Of a stretch of DNA of 40,640 bases, positions 34,487-40,640 are shown piece by piece. The notes below the pieces were generated by a model. That model was not told the DNA's origin. It saw nothing but the letters and a program-made list of their open reading frames with translations, and searched no databases. Numbering within the stretch: the stretch's first letter is position 1; each line of letters starts with the position of its first letter. The DNA comes from Chiloscyllium plagiosum (Eukaryota). The stretch spans positions 28,819,309 to 28,859,948 of the forward strand of contig NC_057719.1 in the NCBI RefSeq assembly GCF_004010195.1. The letters are read 5' to 3'. A program made the translations under genes and the position numbers.

Positions 34487-37400
34487 CTGCCTACAAATAT
34501 GCAGCAGGCTTTTGAAAATGGGACTGTTTGATATTTTCCGTCCTCTTGTTTAGGTAACCAAAGACTGAAGTGTTTCTATTATATTTTATCTACTTCATAA
34601 TTTAAAGGAAAGAACTGTTAGGAGATGACTGAGGTAGTCAACCATTATCTGTTACACTTTTTTTTTTACTGGAATCTAGATTCTTAGCCGTAAGTTGGTA
34701 TTTATTTTTAACACTCCTGGTATAGTCAGTCATAACACATAAATAAGGACTGGTTAGCATCTTAAAGGTATATGTCTGTATTGATGGGCTTTTCTTCCTG
34801 TATATGCATGGTTTGATATCAATGTACCATTAGCAAATGTAAGCATTACATTATGATATTTTGGGTACACCAGTCACAAAATGGCCCAGAGGCATATGAC
34901 CACAAATTTAGTTTTATTGCTTTTATTAAACACTACCCAAAATAACACACACTAATACTTTTCAAATGTAACACTTTATCAAAAGATTTTCCGACTTAGT
35001 GAATGCATACTTTCTGGACAGTGTTTTGTATGACCAATAGCTGACAATCAAGATGGAATGTACAGTCCAGGATCATTAGAATTACCATTGGAATGTACAG
35101 TTTTTTTTTTGTTTTAAATGTCCTGAAGTCCAAGTACTGTGAATTATGGCTGGAAGTGTCCCATTCCCTTCCTGTTTCCTACCTGCACAAAATACTAACT
35201 TAGATGGAATGTGGAAGCAAGAGAATATCTCAATTTGGTACTACTCCACAATATTAGTATAAATAGAGAAACTTTATTTTTTTGATCTTATTGATCGACT
35301 TCTTTCATGCAGTTAGTTTATTGAAGTGCTTTAATCTTTGCCAGCAATTATGTAAATGGTAGAGAGCTCCTGTGCATTGATTGAGTGCCTTGGCATTTTA
35401 TCAGAATCAGAGATGCAAAGTTTAGTATTCACCAGGACAAGTCGCCCATTCCACACCGCTGCCCAAGATTAAATTTTACCCTGTATCACATTTTAAAGTA
35501 ACAAATGTATCACTTCAGCCTCTGTTGAGTTTCAGTGGAAATCTGTTCTGTGACTATGGTACTCAGCTGCCACCAAAGTTCACTGTTTGCAGTCAGTTCC
35601 TACCATCATCAAGATTTAATGGTGGATCCATTTCTGCGTTAGCTGATTTTGTTTTTTAACAGAAGATATATATATTAGAAATGATTAAAAGTTTCTTTTT
35701 CTGGTTACGGTTAATATATGTACAATACTAAACAAGGAACTTAAAATACATTATGCACATTTGGGTTATGATTAATCAAGCATTTCAGTTTACGATCATC
35801 ATCTGTTTGAGCTTCCATGGTTTATGATATATTTTGCACTCCATAACAAGTGACAAGCTTGAAGCATGCTCCTGAAGGAAACTGTGGTCATCATTACATC
35901 AGCAAGATAAATCTAGATATCGCATATGTCACTTCAATTGTTATTTTTTGCATCTTTGACATTGCCTGTCATTGTCATACTGCAAAGCAAAAATAGCAAA
36001 TAGGAAAAAAAAACAATATATTAAATAGAACCAAATTTTGGATATATTCCATGATAGTAACAATTTAATCGTGAGATGATAATGAACAACTTGGGATTTG
36101 TTCTAGCATTTTATAATGTCCTTTCAATTGTTTGAAATGGTATTACTTTGCAAACTTACCCACAGACCCTGAATGTAATACATGTTTAATCTTTCCCATC
36201 AAAGAAGCATCTTAATTTTAATCAGATTTCATGAAGTAAACAATTTCCATTTAAAATTTATCATGCACATTGCTAAAATCAAGTGTAACTTTTCTTTGAG
36301 CCATTTACTGTGCATCCCTATTAGTGTTAAAATATTATAATGTCTGTTAGAATGTGCTATAAAATGTCTGTGTCACTGCACATAAGAAACATGTTTCTTA
36401 TAAAGTTCAACTTCCCTTGATCTGTTACTATTAGTTTTCAATGCTTAATGTTTGAAGTGTTGAAACTTATCCCCCTCCCCCAACAACCATTTTCCCCTTC
36501 TTTGGCTTGTGTGCCTTCCAGGAATCTTTTCCAAAAGTGGAAACAAATGCTGTGTTTTGTGAAATGAAAATTCAGTTACTCTTTTATGTATACATCTTGC
36601 ATCTGCTTGTGCAAGTTTGCTCATTATCTTAATGTGTCTTCTTGCATTCAGTGCCTCTTATGCTTTCAATATATTTTAATCACTGTGAGGCATTTGAAAA
36701 CTGGTCCAACCCAGTGCAGTTATTAAAAAAAAAACCATGGCCTTCGACACACGAGAATGAAGTGCAGCCAAGTGCTTATGAAGTGTAGCCAACTATGATC
36801 TTTTTCTGGTATGTGAAAGCCTGCCTGTATGTTGAGACAATCCTTCATATTATTTGAATAAGAAGTATTTTTATACGATCATTAAATTCCCCAAATTGAA
36901 TTATGTCAACAGGAGGTTTGAGTAAAATTTTTCGTGATCCTCGCAACTAAGTTTCTATCATGCAAAAAAATCAAAAGCTTTATCGAAATGTTGGTGGAAA
37001 TTATTGAAGTTTTTTTTTTCAACTACTTCCTAAGGAGGGAGCTGAACCGTTATTCAATGTGACACTCTGCATTAATGTTGGGTTTGTGTGCTCTAATGTT
37101 AACCTGACAGCTGGAAAATAATGTGCCTGATCTGCATAAAATATTGATTACCATTTTTATTTAATTTCTTTGGAATTGCTAAGCTTTGACCTGTGCAAGG
37201 TCTAAGGCATTAAGTGGTGTGTTGTGAATTTTCTACATTCGGTACTTCTAAATGTTTTATGGATAAACTTTTTTTTTGTTGATTCCTAGAAATGGTGTGT
37301 TGAGTAGTTATATTACACTGTTCCACCTCCTTATCTGACTGCACAAGAGGAATTTTTTTTCTATCTCTATATCAATATGTTAGTAAGAATTGTTCTATAG

Positions 37401-37840
37401 CTTGCTTTTAAAGGGGTTTTAATATAAAGGGAAGCTTTTATTAGCCAGTGCAAGTTATATGCATTGATTAAAATCTATTTTACTGTACTGTAGATTTGGC
37501 ATGAAACTTTATAAACATTTTACATTGATTTTTGAATGTGTCTGTATACATACTGTGTGAGGGATATGGGTAGCGAAAACATCTATACTGCACTAACTTC
37601 TTGGTGATGGTACGTTGAGCATGTATTAGTGTTTTGTGTTCACCCTTGGTATACCAAAGATATTTTAAATACTAGATTTAAAGTATAATCTAGATTGTCT
37701 GTACTGTTACATGACCTTTTGTTTTATATTCTGAAATGATCTGAGCTTATTTTTCTAAACACTATACTCAATGAACTTTATATTTATACATTTTTGTGCT
37801 GGCTTTTGTTTTATTAAATTGTATGGTATGAATGCTATTG
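34487..37840 (+). other. SIX4: Putative long SIX4 3' UTR
   Basis: AT-rich and free of recognisable repeats after the stop codon. ATTAAA at 37813-37818 is followed by a GT-rich tract near 37868-37892. The end point is inferred. Confidence 0.5.
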
Positions 37841-39959
37841 ATGAATGAACTCAGAGTTTGGCTAGAATGTTGGTTGTTTGGCTGGTTGGTTTAACTTGTG
37901 CACAGCAAGCAAATTATTTTTGTTATCATAACCTGCCATAAAACAAATGGCTCTCTCCTTTCCTCATGTGGCATTTGATTGCATTGACAACTGAAGTTCT
38001 CCAACATTTTGCTAACCTTACATCGGTTAACAAGCTAATTAGTTATGCAGGCATTATCTCAATAGCTAACTTATTCTGTCTTCTCAAATTCGGCCAATGC
38101 AGTGGGGATCATTTAAGTCATAATGTGGAGCAGGGTATTGGGTTGTTTTTGCTTCTTGGCCCATGTGCCAAATTTGCTGTTTTGACCTCATCACCACTGC
38201 TGTAATTGAAGTAAAGTTAAACAATGCAGAGCAATATTGTGCCCAAGAACTGTGCCAGGTAGTCACTGAACTATTGGTACTGAAGAGGGGCTTATTAAAC
38301 CTGAAATGCTAAGCACATTGTAAGATTCTGTTCTATACAACTAACTGGATAAGTCATCACATCTCATTATTTTTATTATATCTCTTCTGATGCAGGCCAA
38401 ACTAATTGTCTTAGGCTCTGAGTTACCTAATTATGGTTTGAAGTGTTCCTGTTGACCATTTGCTAGGATGGGTTGGGAGAAAGTTCTATTGTTACTGAAC
38501 ATATTAAATTTGAGCTCTTCATGCTTGTACTGACATTAGTAGCCCAAAACAATTAATAACATGGGGTGAGATTTGAATATATCTTTTGATAAAGACAATT
38601 TATAGAAAGCTCTGTTTAAAAAATTAATATCATAATGTCTAATTAATTGTGATTTTGAATGTAATGTATTACTTTTAATTATGGTAGTTTCTAGTTTTTA
38701 AAACAACACTCCTGTACTGTTGTTCCTTAACTGAGATTAACATGGCTTTTAGCTGCAGAAGAACAAATAATTTAATATTGCCTCAGTGCTGATACAAACG
38801 GTAATTCAGGTTGTGGTGTTTTTCATACTAAACCATGCAGCAACATTATATGCTTTGCAGCACACACATTTCAAGTTCACACCAGGATAGAAACACCTTT
38901 CTCTCATGATCTTCAAGTTAACTTTATTGAATTTAGAGCAATCTGCTTTCTGCTGCTTCAAAGAAATGTCAGAACTCTGTTCCTTGTAAGTTCCGATAGG
39001 TGTTGCTGAGTGAAAAGCTTTCCGCTATTGCTTGCAAATTGGATTTGTGCCTGAAATATCGATATTAGTCTGTGATATTGACACAACTAAAACAATATTC
39101 AGTAGAGTCTTGTTGTGAGGCCTTAAGCTCATTTTGCAACTTAGTTTTAACATTTTCAAAAAAATGACCACTATCTCTCTCAAGAAAATTCAAAATCTAA
39201 TTATCTGTAAAGATCTGCAGAGAGGAGAAAGCAGGTTTTTACCATGTTTACCTTGTGACCAGTGGCTTAAACCTTCCTGTTTGGCTCCGGACGCTCAACA
39301 TTAGCAAATTATGGCAAAATAATGTGAGTAGATCCATTTCAGAATACTGCTGTATGCTTTATTATACTGAAGAAAATTTTGTAATGCTTTATTTGAGAGA
39401 GAATTTCTAGTGAGGCAATGTGCCTGCAGTTAAGATACCAGAGCAGTGGAACGAAAATAAGTATTAAAATTTTACATGGAGAACATTTTTTAAACCAGGA
39501 TAGTTATATTAACATTACTCCTTCTGGTGACTTGCTTATTGCTTCATTTTCCAGTTTCTTCAAATCCAGTGTCTCAGGATAAATTATTTTTGACCACATG
39601 TATAAACTGGAAAGTTTAGAAATATGATTGAACTGTTTCAAATTCTGTAGAAACAAAATTAGTGGCATTACAATGGAGATGTTTTAACAGTGAAGAAAAT
39701 TGAAGATTATTGACATTATGCTATAAGAAATTGCTGTGACATTTCATGTAATCTTATTGAATAGGCAAGTGACATAGCTGAATAAAATAGTTTCAAAACG
39801 TTTGCAATGGAACAGACTCGTATGGAGAATGTTCAAAGCCAGGGGATATAAATTTGATTATGCAAATAGGTAATCAAGATCAAATGTTGCCTTCAGGTTA
39901 AAGGACAACATTTTGGATCAAGGCAGGGGAATGGGGAAGAACTTTATATATGTAGTGTG

Positions 39960-40296
39960 GGTTTCTGCCTTTATCATCCTTTCATGCAGGGTGTTTCACA
40001 GCCTATCACTCTCCAGGTGGGGGGAAAAAATCCTCCTCAACTATCCTCCTCTTCCTACCAATATTGATCTCAGTTATTGATGTCTGCAAAAAGAAGTGCC
40101 CTTCCTATTCATTCAAACTGGGGCCTCTGTTTTATATCCTCACATTAAATCTCCTCCGCCTCCTCTCCCAATGAAAACAACCCACCAATGTATCCAAACC
40201 TTCTGGTGGCGACAGTTCTTTATTCCACAGAACAACTTTCTACATCTCCCCTGCACTGTCTGTCCAGTGCAACACAGCCTTTGTGTAATGCAGTGA
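39960..40296 (-). mobile_element. Old CR1 fragment
   Basis: Degenerate antisense CR1 3' region (ATCACTCTCCAGGTGG...AAAAAATCCTCCTC...TTTTATATCCTCACATTAAATCTCCTC). Confidence 0.55.
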
Positions 40297-40297
40297 C

Positions 40298-40640
40298 CAT
40301 AGAGTCATAGAGATGTACAGCATGGAAACAGACCCTTCGGTCCAACCCGTCCATGCCAACCAGATATCCCAACCCAATCTAGTCCCACCTGCCAGCACCC
40401 GGCTCATATTCCTCCAAACCCTTCCTATTCATATACCCATCCAAATGCCTCTTAAATGTTGCAATTGTACCAGCCTCCACCACATCCTCTGGCAGCTCAT
40501 TCCATACACGTACCACCCTCTGCCTGAAACAGTTGACCCTTAGGTCTCTTTTATATCTATCCCCTCTCACCCTAAACCTATGCCCTCTCGTTCTGGACTC
40601 CCTGGGAAAAGACTTTGTCTATTTATCCTATCCATGCCCC
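40298..40640 (-). mobile_element. Young CR1 3' end, truncated by the window edge
   Basis: Begins CATAGAGTCATAGAG (antisense tail); reverse complement of 1405-1745 and 19910-20247; RGDRYKRDLR...RVVRVWNELPEDVVEAGT. Confidence 0.95.

Noticed and set aside
35054..35101. miR-1/206 gene or target sites
   Set aside because: TGGAATGT is the seed in sense orientation, so it is not a target site on this mRNA, and the rest does not match the mature miRNA or an obvious hairpin.

Overview
Vertebrate genomic DNA, most likely from a cartilaginous fish (inferred from shark-type CR1 LINEs, their partner tRNA-SINEs and Penelope-like repeats). The window holds one complete protein-coding gene, SIX4, on the + strand. 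By hand splicing the CDS is 16248-16981, 23235-23593, 23700-23921 and 33666-34486 (2136 nt, 711 aa), followed by a long repeat-free putative 3' UTR. The rest is largely decayed transposable elements (CR1, L2, RTE, Penelope-like, tRNA/Deu SINEs, a Tigger-like MITE), one minisatellite and a 65-N gap. The main observations are: (1) a frame-restoring 106-nt GT-AG intron inside what is a single exon 2 in human SIX4, whose sequence still resembles the coding segment (candidate intronization, or a 1-bp error); (2) ETVY changed to ERVY in the diagnostic SIX4/5 homeodomain N-terminal arm; (3) a hammerhead-ribozyme-like core in a Penelope terminal repeat, in sense orientation in intron 1; (4) a multi-level nested transposon stack. 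All family calls come from recalled motifs, not database searches. I found no evidence for a wholly new multi-gene system.
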